A DNA stretch of 64,000 bases from an uncultured delta proteobacterium (GCA_963785725.1 CAWAWS010000037.1:1-64000); one strand, 5' to 3'; positions 42,241 through 53,311 are shown, counted from the first letter of the stretch. Numbers and translations: made by a program. Notes: generated by a model not told the origin, from the sequence alone.

Positions 42241-43652
42241 AGTTTCTCTTCGCCTGCATTTACGCCGATACGCCGCACTTCGAGACCGAGCTCGAGCTGA
42301 TGGCCGACTTATTGTCACGCGGACATGAAGTCCACGTCCTGCGCTGCACCAGCCAGCTCGCCGCCTGCGTCAAGAATCCGCTGCATCTGCCCAGTCGCTG
42401 CATGGTCTGCGTCTCGAAGATCGACGCCGGTTTGAAGATGCTGGCGAGCCCGCGCTTGGCGATCGAGACCTTGCCGCCGTCGCCGCTCGAGCCGCGCTTG
42501 CCGGCGCGCTTCGCCGATGTCGACGCGCTCAAGCACTACGTCATCGACGGCGCCAACCTCGGCCGCGGCGTCTATTCCAGCTTGAGCACGCGGCTCGACA
42601 AGAACACGCGCTTCGACACCGTCGCGCACGCCGTCGACGTGCGCCGCGAGCTCGAGTCGGCGTGGGCCATGTTCGACGCCACGCGCCGCACGATCGCGCG
42701 CGAACGGCCGGCCGCCGTCTATCTATTCAACGGCCGCTTCTCGACGTCTTTCGCGGTCTTGGAAGCGAGCCGCTTGGCCGGCGTCGACTATTACACGCAC
42801 GAGCGCGGCGGCTCGATCGACCGCTACATGGTGCGCAAGAACGCGCTGCCGCACAATCTGGCCGCGCATTGGCAGGACATCGCCGACGTCTGGGCCGCCG
42901 GCGGCGCGGATAAAGACGCGCGCGGCCGCGCTTGGTTCGCCGGTCGTCGCGCCGGCTCCGAAGACAGCTGGCTGTCGTTCACCAAGACGCAATCGGTCGG
43001 CAAGCTCCCCGACGGCTTCGACCCGCGTAAACACAACATCGCCGTCTTCAATTCGACGATGGAAGAATATGCGTCGATAACCGATTGGGAATCCCCGTTT
43101 TATGGCGACGAAGCGTTGGGCCTGAAGCGCGTCGTCGAGTCCTTGGCGGGCGATCCGAATACGCATGTCTATCTGCGCGTTCATCCCAATCTGAGGAACA
43201 TTCCCCGCGCCGGTAATTATCAATTGGCGATCTATTCCGCGCTCGAACGGACGTCGCCGCATGTGACGATCATCTGGCCGGAGAGCCCGATTCATACCTA
43301 TGCGCTGCTCGACGCCTGCAACGTGACGTTGACGTTCGGTTCGACGATCGGCGCCGAGGCGTGCTTTTGGGGCAAGCCGAGCATCTTGGGCGGTCGCGCC
43401 ATCTACGAGCCGCTCGATTGCAGCTATATTCCGCGCGACCACGAGGAGTTGCTCGCGCTCGTGCGCCAGCCGCCGGCGGCGAAGCCGATCGACGGCGCCA
43501 TTCGTTACGGCTATTGGGAGACGGTGCGCGGCACTTTACATCAGCGTTATCGCGCCACCGGCCTGTTCAGCGGCGAATTCCAAGGTCGCGCCAATCGTCC
43601 GCGCTTGGGCGCGCAGCTGGCATCGTCGCTGCTGTGGCGCCTCGGTGAATAA
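42237..43652 (+). CDS. Capsule-biosynthesis (KpsS-like) GT-B protein; candidate nonulosonate transferase
   Basis: FNGR, HERG, LRVHPN, GSTIGAEA...GKP. Confidence 0.6.
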   Translation: MKFLFACIYADTPHFETELELMADLLSRGHEVHVLRCTSQLAACVKNPLHLPSRCMVCVSKIDAGLKMLASPRLAIETLPPSPLEPRLPARFADVDALKHYVIDGANLGRGVYSSLSTRLDKNTRFDTVAHAVDVRRELESAWAMFDATRRTIARERPAAVYLFNGRFSTSFAVLEASRLAGVDYYTHERGGSIDRYMVRKNALPHNLAAHWQDIADVWAAGGADKDARGRAWFAGRRAGSEDSWLSFTKTQSVGKLPDGFDPRKHNIAVFNSTMEEYASITDWESPFYGDEALGLKRVVESLAGDPNTHVYLRVHPNLRNIPRAGNYQLAIYSALERTSPHVTIIWPESPIHTYALLDACNVTLTFGSTIGAEACFWGKPSILGGRAIYEPLDCSYIPRDHEELLALVRQPPAAKPIDGAIRYGYWETVRGTLHQRYRATGLFSGEFQGRANRPRLGAQLASSLLWRLGE

Positions 43653-43670
43653 GTAAACGCTCGTTTACTT
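43651..43670. terminator. Perfect AT-rich inverted repeat between convergent genes
   Basis: AAGTAAACG-CT-CGTTTACTT. Confidence 0.45.
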
Positions 43671-43676
43671 GTCCGC

Positions 43677-45281
43677 CTACTTGGCGCCGCGTAAGAGGCT
43701 GCGATAGAGCGTCCAGTGGCCCGCTCTTTTGACCTCGAGCATGCCGTCGGGCGGCAATACGTCGCGATCTTCGTCGGTGACGATGACGTAGTCCCACGCC
43801 TGCAGCATCGTCTCGGCGTGAAACTTGGTCTCGTCGGGTGAATGAATGGTCTCGGCCGCGCGCGCCACCTTCGGCGCCGGCAATTCGGCGATGCGCTTGA
43901 TGGGAAAGCCGTCGTCGTACAAATAAGGATCGTAACCGCCGCGATAGACGAGCGGATAATTGTAGAGCTCGCGCCAAATCGTCATTTGCGGGGCCAATTC
44001 GGGATCTTCGAACGAATGGCCGGGCAAGGTCAGCACGAGCGTGTTACTGCCGAGCGGCGGCGTTTGAATGAGCGCGATGAGCGGCGCGGCGCGGTTGGAG
44101 AAGTCGCGATAATGGCGCGCCATCGCCGGCGGCAGCCAGGCGGACGCGACGATCGCCGCCGCCAATATGCCCGCGCGGGCGCCGCGAATCGGGCCGCGCG
44201 GGAAAAAGAGCGCCAAGCAGGCGGCCGGCAACAAGAAGCGCTGATTGACCATCCACCAATTGAACGGCTGGCGAATCCAAAACGGCGTCGCCAATGACAA
44301 TGCAATGAAGAGGCAGAACGCGAGCGGAATGCGCAGTCGCTTGCGCCACGGCTCGTCGCCGTCGCCGCTGTCGCTGACGACGAGGACGAGCAGCGCCAGC
44401 ATGAGTCCGATGAGGATCCATTCGTCGCGGTTCTCGGTCTGCCACCAATTGGTCAGGCTGAGCGCGCGCGACAGCAGCTTGCCCGGCGTATCGGTGACGG
44501 CTTCATAACGATGATTGCCGAGATAACCGAACGAGCGCGCTTGCCGCATCCCGATGGCGAGCATCAATAAAGACGGCGCCATCGCGATCGCCGCCAAGAT
44601 CGGTCCGCGAAGCCGTTTGGCGGTCAATTCGAAGGCGATGAGCACGATCGCGTACAAGCCGAACCCGGCCCAGGGAACGATATGGAACAGATAGAGCGCC
44701 GCGCACCACACGCCGACGACGATCGCGCGCGTGCGGCTCGGCGAATCGAGCAGTCGATAGAGCGCGGCCAGCGCCGGCAAGAGCAGCATGACGCCGGCGC
44801 AAAAGGCGATGAAACCCCATTGGAAATAAATGGAAACGGCTAGCGGGAGTAAGAGAAACGCGAGATAGGGCGAGCGACCGGTGGCGCGCGCGAACGCCAA
44901 TCCGCACAGCGGCGTCGCCAGAATATAGGCGACCATGAAGACGAGATTGGCGCTGATGACGGAGCCGGTGACATAAGCGAGTAAGTGAACGAGATAGAAA
45001 TGGCCGAGATAAGGGACGAGCTGAATCGAGCGGCGATAATAGGCGGCGAGGTTCCAGCTCGGGTCGTTCAGGTGATGCAGCGCACTGATGCGCGCCAGAT
45101 GATTCGGCAGATCGTGCAGCGGCAACAGTCGCGCCGACCACAGCGGATGCGCGAACCACAGCGCCAGCGGCAGCCAGATCGCCAGCCAAACGGCATGCGT
45201 GCGTAGCGTTTGCGCGAGCGCGCGCGCCGTCGATCGGACGCGGCGGCCCCGGTCGAGCACAGGCTGGTCGTCGGCGGGCAC
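43677..45281 (-). CDS. Polytopic membrane protein, predicted GT-C (paralogue 2 of 4)
   Basis: PLHDLPNHLA, VPYLGHF, YRGGYDPYLYDDGFP; start codon approximate. Confidence 0.7.
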   Translation of the reverse strand: MPADDQPVLDRGRRVRSTARALAQTLRTHAVWLAIWLPLALWFAHPLWSARLLPLHDLPNHLARISALHHLNDPSWNLAAYYRRSIQLVPYLGHFYLVHLLAYVTGSVISANLVFMVAYILATPLCGLAFARATGRSPYLAFLLLPLAVSIYFQWGFIAFCAGVMLLLPALAALYRLLDSPSRTRAIVVGVWCAALYLFHIVPWAGFGLYAIVLIAFELTAKRLRGPILAAIAMAPSLLMLAIGMRQARSFGYLGNHRYEAVTDTPGKLLSRALSLTNWWQTENRDEWILIGLMLALLVLVVSDSGDGDEPWRKRLRIPLAFCLFIALSLATPFWIRQPFNWWMVNQRFLLPAACLALFFPRGPIRGARAGILAAAIVASAWLPPAMARHYRDFSNRAAPLIALIQTPPLGSNTLVLTLPGHSFEDPELAPQMTIWRELYNYPLVYRGGYDPYLYDDGFPIKRIAELPAPKVARAAETIHSPDETKFHAETMLQAWDYVIVTDEDRDVLPPDGMLEVKRAGHWTLYRSLLRGAK

Positions 45282-45322
45282 GTGGCCGTTATGCCACAGA
45301 CCTATGGTAGGCTGCCACGCCG

Positions 45323-46979
45323 ATGGCGGAGCCGACCGGATCAAACAGCGTCGACGACGGTGCGCCGGCGCGCGTCGCGACGGTGCCGGCCGGCAAATGG
45401 GCGCGTTTGCGCGCGCGGGCGGCGCCGGTTTGGGCCCGCCTGCCGGCGTCCTGGCGCGCCGTCATCGCGCGCGATCCGCTGCTCTTCGCCGTCTTCGTCG
45501 CGCTCTGGAGCTGCGCGCTCTTGCCGATTTGGGTGCCGCGCTTCTTGCCGCTGCTCGACCTGCCCGACCATCTCGACGCCATCGCCATTTGGCACCGCTA
45601 CAACCAGCCCGACTGGCGTTATTCGCAATATTACCTGCTCAATATCATTCCATTTCCATATTGGGGTTATTTCTTCCCCGTTCATATGCTGGCGTATCTA
45701 TTCCCAATCGAGATCGCCAATAAGCTTTATTTGTCGGTCTATGCGCTCTCGTTGCCGCTGTCACTGCTGATTCTCGCGCGCCGTTTCGGTCGCAGCCCGT
45801 GGCTGGCGCTGTTCGCGTTCCCGCTCGTCTTCAATATGAATTTCACCTACGGCTTCATCACCTTTTGCGCCGGCATCGTCGTCTTGACGTTCGCCCTCGT
45901 CGTGCTCGATCGCTTCCTGGAAAACCCGACCCGGAAGCGCGCTTGGGCTTTGGCGCTCTTGACGCTCGCGCTCTATTCGACCCACGTCTTGCCGTGGCTG
46001 TTCTTCGGCGTCGCGTCGATCATCCTCGCCTTTTGCCACGGCTTTCATCCGCGGCGCATCCTGGCCGCGCTCGCGCTCGAGTTGCCGTCGTTGCTCTTGG
46101 CGCTGTACGCATTTCCGCGTTCGCAGCACGGCAAAACCGCGATTCAACCGGGTCCATTGGAATTCCAAGCCAAGTTCGAAGGCGTGCTCTCGTCGCTGCA
46201 GAACGTGCCGACGCGGCTCGTGAGCGGCTGGCCCGGCGATACGCCGTCTTATCTCTTGCTCGGGCTCGGCCTCGTTTGGCTGACGCTGCTTTTGACCGCG
46301 CACGCCGACGAGCACGAGGCGCCGGCCAAAGAGGGCTTCGCCTATCGACTCGAGCTCGTCATCGTACTTGGCCGTCGCCGCCTATCTGCTCTTGCCGATG
46401 CACCTCTTGAAGCCGGTCGACTTATGGATGATCGGCGGCCGCTTTCTCACCATCGTCGCGCTGTTCGGCGCCTTGTTGCCGCGCGGTCGGATCGGCGGTT
46501 ATCGCCGCCTATTGTTCATTCCCGTCATCGCCATATCGATCCTCTATCCGTCGTTATTGGCGCGAAAATGGCTGCAATTCGATCAGCGCGCGGCCAGCTT
46601 CCGCCGGCTGGTGAAGAAGATCGAGCGCGGCTCGTCGACGCTGACCATCGTCACCGACAACGGCCTCGACGCCTCCGCCGACGATCAGGCCGCGCCTTAC
46701 ATTCAATTCCACGCCTATGCGCAGTTCCTCGTCGGCGGATATGAGCCCTGGGCGTTATCCTCCGGTTTCCCCTATTACGAGCGGCCGGGCGTGAGACAGC
46801 CGGCGCCGCGCTGGAAACATCCGGAGACGTTCAACTTCGACGCGCACGGCGCCTACTACGACTACATCCTCACCAAAGCCGAATTCACCAATCACGCCAT
46901 CTTCGGCCCCGATGACGCCGGCCGCGCGCCGCTCATTGCCACCGACGGCGATTGGCGACTGTACAAGGTCCGACATTGA
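45323..46979 (+). CDS. Polytopic membrane protein, predicted GT-C (paralogue 3 of 4), frameshift near 46368
   Basis: PLLDLPDHLD, PFPYWGY; C-terminal part GGYEPW...GFP in another frame. Confidence 0.7.
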
Positions 46980-48529
46980 CGCGCGATCGGCTGTTCTGGA
47001 CGATCTTCTGCCTCTTGGCCGTGGCGACGGCGCTGCCGATCTGGCTCGTCGAATACCTGCCGCTGCTCGATCTGCCCAATCATTTGGCGGCGATCACCGT
47101 TTGGCATTATCACGACGATCCCAACTGGCATTTCGCGGAGAATTATCAGCTCAACCTCGTGCCGCTGCCCTATTGGGCGCATTACTACACCGTTCACTTA
47201 CTGACCTATCTCACGCGCTCGGTCGAGCTCGCCAATCGCATCTTCTTGACCGCCTATGCGTTCGCGGTTCCGACGGGCGCATGGCTGTTCACGCGCCGCT
47301 TCAATCGCAGCCATTGGCTTGCTTTGTTCGCGTTCCCATTGGTCTGGAACTTCAACTTCGCCGACGGCTTCATCGCCTATTGCGCCGGTTTCGCCTGGGT
47401 TCCGCTGGTCCTCGTCGTCGTCGATCGCTATTGCGCGCGCCCGACCTGGCCGGGCGCGCTCGCCGTCCTCGTCCTCGGCTCGCTCACCTACTTCTTCCAT
47501 TTACTCGCGTACGCGCTCTTTCTCGTCTGCGGCGGCCTCCTGGTCTTGGTGCACGAACGTCCATTCTCGCCGCGCGCCTTCGCCGTTCGCGCCTTGCCGG
47601 TCTTGTCTTGCTCCGCCGTCGGACTGTGGGCTTTCCGCCACGCCAATCATATGGAGTTTCATAAGCTCTCCGGCGCCGGCCGCGAGCTCATCCGCGATCC
47701 GCTGGCGACGACGCTGGCGAGCACGCCCGAGCGGCTGCTCAACTTTCTGCCCGGCGCCGTCGACGAATGGCTCGTCGTCGTCTTCATCCTGTGCTGGCTC
47801 GGCCTCGCCGTGACCGCCGCGCGCGCGCCGCGCCCTGCCGACGACCCGGCGCCGCGCCTGCACGATTGGGGCGTCGAGCTGTGCATGCTGGGCGCGCTCG
47901 CGCTCTATGTCGCCGCGCCGCGCTCGATGCGCCATCCGTTCTATTGGCACATGATCAACGGCCGCTTCGTCGTCGCCTTGGGCTTCTTCGCGCCGCTGAC
48001 GTTGCGCGGCCGTATCGACGGTTGGCGCCGCTTGTGGCTCTTGCCCGTCGCTCTTTTCACGGTCGTCTATGTCGCTTCATTGTCGCGTGCCTTTGTGCTG
48101 TTCAATCGACATGCCTATGGGCTCGACGCGCTCGTGGCCGAGATTCCCCGCGATAAGTCGGTGTTGACGCTGATCTTGCGGCCGATGGACGATCCGACCG
48201 TCAATGTCAGCGCCTTCAATCAGTTCCCGTCTTATGTGCAGATTCACCATGGCGGCTATAACTTCTACAACTTCTCCGACGGCTTTCCGCTCAAGTACAT
48301 CAAGCGTATGCCGGCGCCGCCGTGGTCGCACGCCGAGGATTTCAAGTGGGAGCATCACTCGCGCGGCTGGGACTATTTCCTGACGTTCCGCGAAGGCTGG
48401 CAGTTCCGCCCCATGGATGAGCCGGTCGAGCAGGGCAAAGTGCGCTTGGTGGCCACCAAGGGCGCGTGGAGATTGTACGAGAAGCTGGGCCACGATCCGC
48501 CCGATCCGCTGACCGAGCACGAGCCCTAA
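46976..48529 (+). CDS. Polytopic membrane protein, predicted GT-C (paralogue 4 of 4)
   Basis: PLLDLPNHLA, PLPYWAHY, HGGYNFYNFSDGFP; TTG start overlaps upstream stop (TTGA). Confidence 0.7.
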   Translation: MTRDRLFWTIFCLLAVATALPIWLVEYLPLLDLPNHLAAITVWHYHDDPNWHFAENYQLNLVPLPYWAHYYTVHLLTYLTRSVELANRIFLTAYAFAVPTGAWLFTRRFNRSHWLALFAFPLVWNFNFADGFIAYCAGFAWVPLVLVVVDRYCARPTWPGALAVLVLGSLTYFFHLLAYALFLVCGGLLVLVHERPFSPRAFAVRALPVLSCSAVGLWAFRHANHMEFHKLSGAGRELIRDPLATTLASTPERLLNFLPGAVDEWLVVVFILCWLGLAVTAARAPRPADDPAPRLHDWGVELCMLGALALYVAAPRSMRHPFYWHMINGRFVVALGFFAPLTLRGRIDGWRRLWLLPVALFTVVYVASLSRAFVLFNRHAYGLDALVAEIPRDKSVLTLILRPMDDPTVNVSAFNQFPSYVQIHHGGYNFYNFSDGFPLKYIKRMPAPPWSHAEDFKWEHHSRGWDYFLTFREGWQFRPMDEPVEQGKVRLVATKGAWRLYEKLGHDPPDPLTEHEP

Positions 48530-48549
48530 TTGGTATCATCTGATACTAA
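48530..48549. terminator. AT-rich hairpin between convergent genes
   Basis: TTGGTATCA-TC-TGATACTAA. Confidence 0.35.
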
Positions 48550-48557
48550 ATGAGAGC

Positions 48558-49995
48558 TTAGGGAGCCGCTGGTCGCAGTAAGCTCAGCCACGTCTTGGGC
48601 GGCTTGAAGGTACCGGTCGGTACCGGTCCGTCGTGAATGACGCGCAGCGCGGCGACGTCGCTCGACGGCAAGAGCGGCCGGCCGGCGGCGGCGAGCGCGC
48701 GCGCGATCATCGGAACATTGCGCTCCGCGTAACCCATGGCGCGCGCCGCGGCGACGTCGACCAGCGCCGGATCGCGGCCGGCGATCAGTAAGCCGGCCGC
48801 GCGCGGCGTCGACGCCAGCGGACCCTCGCCTTCGCCGGCGACGAGCCCATCGACGAGCGCCAGATAGCGCCGCTGCGGCTTATCGGTCATGAGCCCATTT
48901 CGATCGGCATAAAAGAGCACCTGATTGAGGTCGAGCACGGTGCGCCAAATGGTGTCGTTGCCGTCCCACGAGCCTTCCATGATGTAGCCGTGCAGAAAGC
49001 CGTTCTGCGAGCGACCGTCGGAACGCTTGGGCGCGCGCGCAATCAACGAGTTGTCGAGCGGCAGCGGTAAGCGCTGCAGCTGATTCTCGAAGCGCACCGA
49101 CCACGGCGGCGGAAAGGGGAACTCGTCGCCGCCTTCATAGGGCACGCCGGCCGTATAGTGCGGCAGCCAATACTTTTCATTCGTCAGCCCAATGCACGAT
49201 TTGAGCGCCAAGGTGACGCCCGATTTCTTATGCGTCTTCAGCTTGGGAATGTTGATGACGACGTCGGCGTCGAGCAGCGTGCGTGGAATGGAATATTCGT
49301 GACGACCGCGCGCGTGGTGCGGCCGCGGCGTCGCTCGATGGGATCGGTGAAAACAAAAGCGCGGCGCGCGCTCGGCCACTTCCTCGAAATACGATCGCTC
49401 GGCCACGTCGACGACGCGGTAGCCGAGCGGATCGCCCGGCAGACGCTCGCGCATCGAGCAGCCCCAAGTTGAGCGAGCGGCCGAAGCGGCGCACGTCGTC
49501 GAGCAGCATGCGCGGCACGACCTTGAAGTAGCGAAAGTCGATGAAGTCGACGTGCCGGCCGCGCGCGGCGTACCAATCGAGCAGGGCGCGCACGCCGAGG
49601 CCGGCGACGACGTCCTCCAGGTTGCAGCCTTCGACCGGCGTGTCGACGACGGTGACGCGGCCGCGCGCACCGGCGGCGCGCAGCGCGTAGTCGATGATCG
49701 GCCGCAAGACCGAGCCGTGGGTCGAGCTGCAGGCCAATTTCTCGCCGCGCAGCTGCTCCTCGAAGTTCTTCGACGTGACGAAGTTGGGCTTGATGAGCAC
49801 GCGATCGCCCGGCGAAATCAGGTCGCCGAGCGGATTCCACTCGGGCGTTCCGGCGCGCGCCGCGTCGAGGCCGAGCCCGCGCAGCGCCGCTTCCACCATG
49901 GCGTAGACGGGATTGGGCGGATCGAACGGCGCGTCGAGCGCGTAGCGAATCCCGGGGCGCGAGACGACGACGACGGGCTCGGGCGGCTTGGCCAC
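48558..49995 (-). CDS. DUF362-family protein, frameshift near 49455
   Basis: VLIKPNFV, INIPKLKTHKKSGVTLALK, LPHY, GEGEGP, DPALVD. Confidence 0.8.
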
Positions 49996-50049
49996 GCGCC
50001 ACGCTAACATGGCCGAAGTCGTGCCGAAACTCGTGATACAACGCCAGCC

Positions 50050-50829
50050 GTGAGCGCGCCGCCGGTCTCGTTCGTCATTCCCACGCGCAATCAGGCGCAG
50101 TTCATCCGCCGCTGCATCGACGACTGCTTGGCGCAGAACATCGCCGGCGCCGAGATCCTCGTCATCGACGGCAACTCCACGGACGGCACGCAGGAGATCC
50201 TGGCCAGCTACGGCGATCGTCTGCGCTTCGTCTCCGAGCGCGATCGCGGGCAATCGGACGCCATCAACAAAGGCATTCGCCGGGCGCGCGGCGAGATCAT
50301 CGCCTGGATCAACTCCGACGATTATTACGCCGACGCCGGCGTGCTTACGCGCGTGCTCGCCGCGTTCTCCGACGGCGTCGACGTCGTGCACGGCGACGGT
50401 ATGCTCGTCGACGTCGCCGGCCAGCCGTTCCGCCGCTACGTCAGCCGCGACCTCGACGGCGGCCGCGCGCTCTTCGCCCATCCGACCGCGGTCGTGCAGT
50501 GCTCGGTGTTCTTTCGCCGCCAGCTGTTCCTCGACGTCGGCGCGCTCGACGAGACGCTGCATTGGGCGATGGACTACGACTTGTGGCTGCGCCTCATGCC
50601 GGCCGCTCGTCGTGTCCGCTATCTGCCCGAAGTGCTCTCCTGCGTGCGCTTTCACGCGGGCGCGAAAACTTACACCGGCATGCTCGAGCAGCTCGCCGAG
50701 GTGCGCCGCATTCGCCGGCGCTATCGGCGCGGCCGGCCGTTCGGCGCCGGCGTCGCCACGCTCGTCGCCGACGCCAAGCTCTACGCTTATTGGGCCGCCG
50801 TGCGCCTCGGCCTGCGTCGCGCGTCGTGA
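50050..50829 (+). CDS. GT2 glycosyltransferase (WfgS-like)
   Basis: DGNSTDGT, DRGQSDAINKG, WINSDD, MDYDLW. Confidence 0.9.
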   Translation: MSAPPVSFVIPTRNQAQFIRRCIDDCLAQNIAGAEILVIDGNSTDGTQEILASYGDRLRFVSERDRGQSDAINKGIRRARGEIIAWINSDDYYADAGVLTRVLAAFSDGVDVVHGDGMLVDVAGQPFRRYVSRDLDGGRALFAHPTAVVQCSVFFRRQLFLDVGALDETLHWAMDYDLWLRLMPAARRVRYLPEVLSCVRFHAGAKTYTGMLEQLAEVRRIRRRYRRGRPFGAGVATLVADAKLYAYWAAVRLGLRRAS

Positions 50830-52016
50830 CCCGCGCGCAGAGGACGCGCCAGCTGCACGTCATTCCCTATTACGCGCCGGCGACGCAGTTCGGCGGCGTG
50901 CAGACCGTCTGTCACCGCCTGTGCGAGGCGATGGCTGCGCGCGGCCACGCCGTCACGGTGCTGACGACCGACGTCGCCTCGCGCAGCGAGCGGCTGCCCC
51001 AGGCGCGCGAGCGGCGCAACGGCGTCGACGTCGTGCGCGTGCCCAATTGGTCGCAGTCGCTGGTGCGCGCGAACCTTTACACGCCGCGCGATTTCCGGCG
51101 CCACGCGGCCGCGCTCATCGCCGAGCACGACTTCGTGCATGTCCACGACGTCTTCAATTGGCTGACCTATGTCGCCATCGACGAAGCGACGCGGCAAGGG
51201 CGGCCGAGCATTTTATCGAGCGACAATTTGTTGGGTTTTCACGGTCGTCCCGCGCGCGTGCTGGTGCGCCGCGCGCTCTATCGGCTGCTCGGCCGGCCGA
51301 CGGTGGCGCGGGCGTCGCTCGTGCAAGCGCTCTTGCCGGGCGAGCTCGACGCGGCGGCGCTCGGCATCGCGCCCGAGCGCATTCGCGTCATCCACAACGG
51401 CGTGGCCATGCCGCCGCCGGCCGGCGACGCGGCGCGTTTTCGCGCCCGCTTCGGCATCACGGCGCCGATCATCGTGCTCTTCGTCGGCCAGCTCCTGTAC
51501 GGCAAAGGCGTCGACCTCGTGCTCGCGGCGGCCAAGTCGCTCGTCGCCGCCGGTCGCGATGACCTGGCCTTCGTCTTCGTCGGCTCGGGCGACGATTGGA
51601 CGAGGCTCGCCGGCGCCAAGCCGCCGCCGTACGTGACCGCGACCGGCTTTCTGCACGGCGACGCGCTGGCCGACGCGCGCGCCGCCGCGTCGCTGTATGT
51701 GCTGCCGTCGCGCGCCGATCGCACGCCCATGACGGCGCTGGAGGCGCTCGCGTACGGCCTGCCCAGCCTCTTGTCACACGATGTGCACATGCCCGAAGTC
51801 GCGACGTCGGGCGCCGGCCTCGTCGTCGCCGCCGACGAGGCGGCCGTGACGGCCGGCCTGTCCGAGCTGCTCGCCCGTCGCGACGCCTGGCCGGCGATGG
51901 CCGCCGCGGCTCGCCAGCTCGTCGTCGATCGTTACGCGCTCGACCGCATCCACGACCAATACGAACGCATGTATGACGAGCTTTCGACGCTGCATCGGCA
52001 GGCTGCGCAGCGATAG
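50826..52016 (+). CDS. GT4 glycosyltransferase
   Basis: YAPATQFGG, IHNGV, FVGQLLYGKG, LEALAYGLP. Confidence 0.88.
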   Translation: MTRAQRTRQLHVIPYYAPATQFGGVQTVCHRLCEAMAARGHAVTVLTTDVASRSERLPQARERRNGVDVVRVPNWSQSLVRANLYTPRDFRRHAAALIAEHDFVHVHDVFNWLTYVAIDEATRQGRPSILSSDNLLGFHGRPARVLVRRALYRLLGRPTVARASLVQALLPGELDAAALGIAPERIRVIHNGVAMPPPAGDAARFRARFGITAPIIVLFVGQLLYGKGVDLVLAAAKSLVAAGRDDLAFVFVGSGDDWTRLAGAKPPPYVTATGFLHGDALADARAAASLYVLPSRADRTPMTALEALAYGLPSLLSHDVHMPEVATSGAGLVVAADEAAVTAGLSELLARRDAWPAMAAAARQLVVDRYALDRIHDQYERMYDELSTLHRQAAQR

Positions 52017-52154
52017 CGACACATGATAGAGTCGCGCCGTGTTCCGCGCCGGCCGCTCCATTCCGCCGCGCCGCCGGCTGCACGTCGTCGCCTCGTTCGC
52101 CGCGTCGACGTCGAGCCGGCCGCGCGACGTCCGCTCGCTCGCGAGGCGCCGCTG

Positions 52155-52886
52155 ATGCGCGTCCTCTTCGTCGTGCCCGCGTTCAACGAGGAGCGCGCGC
52201 TGCCGGCCGTCATCGGCGAGCTGCGCTCGGAGGCGACGGCGCTCGCCCTCGACGCCGACGTGCTCATCGTCGACGACGGCTCCGGCGATCGCACGAGCGA
52301 GGTCGCCACCTCGTGCGGCGCGCGCGTCTTGCGCCTCTGTCGCAACCTCGGCATCGGCGGCGCCGTGCAGGTCGGCCTGCGTCTGGCCCTGCGCGAAGGC
52401 TTCGACTGCGCCGTTCAGGTCGACGGCGACGGCCAGCATCCCGCCACCGAGCTGCGTAAGCTGCTGGCGCCGCTCAGTGGTCCGCAGCCGCCCGATCTCA
52501 TCGTCGGCACGCGCTATCGCGGGCGCGACGGCTTCCGCTCGACGCCGCTGCGCCGCTTCGGTAGCTGGTGGCTGCGTCAGCTCTTGCTCGTCGTCGCCCA
52601 CTTGCGCGTCAGCGATCCGACGTCCGGCTTCCGCGTCTACAATCGTCGCGCGCTCGCGCTCTTCGACGTCACCTATCCCTACGATTACCCCGAGCCCGAG
52701 TCGCTCGCCATCGCCGCCGCGGCGCGCCTGCGCGTCAGCGAGGTCGCCGTCACCATGCGCGATCGCCAACACGGCCGCAGCAGCATCGGCGGCTTGTACG
52801 CGCCGTATTACATGTTGAAGACGAGCCTGGCCTTGGTCTTGTCCTACGTCCGCAACCGCGTCCCCAAGCCGAGCCACATCGTTTAA
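52155..52886 (+). CDS. GT2, DPM1-like
   Basis: VPAFNEE, NLGIGGAVQ, DGDGQH, DPTSGFR, DYPEPE. Confidence 0.9.
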   Translation: MRVLFVVPAFNEERALPAVIGELRSEATALALDADVLIVDDGSGDRTSEVATSCGARVLRLCRNLGIGGAVQVGLRLALREGFDCAVQVDGDGQHPATELRKLLAPLSGPQPPDLIVGTRYRGRDGFRSTPLRRFGSWWLRQLLLVVAHLRVSDPTSGFRVYNRRALALFDVTYPYDYPEPESLAIAAAARLRVSEVAVTMRDRQHGRSSIGGLYAPYYMLKTSLALVLSYVRNRVPKPSHIV

Positions 52887-53311
52887 TGCTCGAATTCCGT
52901 CGCTATTGGCTCTTTGCCGCCTTCTGTATCGCCATCGCGCTCTTGATGTTTCGCATGGTGATCAAAGAGCGCGTCACGCTGCAGGCGAGCCTCTCGTTCC
53001 TGCTCGTGCTCTTGTTGACGGCCGGCTTCGCCATCTTCCCCGAGCCGCTGACCTGGGTCGCCATCCACCTCGGCTTCACGCTGCCGTCGAACTTCTTCCT
53101 CTCGGCCGGCGTCGGCGCGCTGGCGTTCCTGCATCTGGCGTCGCTGGTGCATTTGTCGCGCGTGCAGCTGCGCTCGGTGACGCTGACGCAGGAGTTGGCG
53201 CTGGTGCAAGAGAAGCTCGAGCGCGTCGTGGCCCGTCTCGACGAGCGCGACGAAGCGGCGAGCGGCAAAGTGGACAGCGTCGTCGTCTCCGAGCCGTCGT
53301 CGCGAGGCTGA
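52886..53311 (+). CDS. DUF2304-family membrane protein
   Basis: Three TM helices, LGFTLPSN, LTQELAL coiled coil; coupled to the DPM1-like GT2. Confidence 0.8.
   Translation: MLEFRRYWLFAAFCIAIALLMFRMVIKERVTLQASLSFLLVLLLTAGFAIFPEPLTWVAIHLGFTLPSNFFLSAGVGALAFLHLASLVHLSRVQLRSVTLTQELALVQEKLERVVARLDERDEAASGKVDSVVVSEPSSRG

Noticed and set aside
46360..49460. Programmed frameshifting or phase variation at ~46368 and ~49455
   Set aside because: No slippery heptamer or homopolymer tract; same single-insertion pattern as the other probable consensus errors
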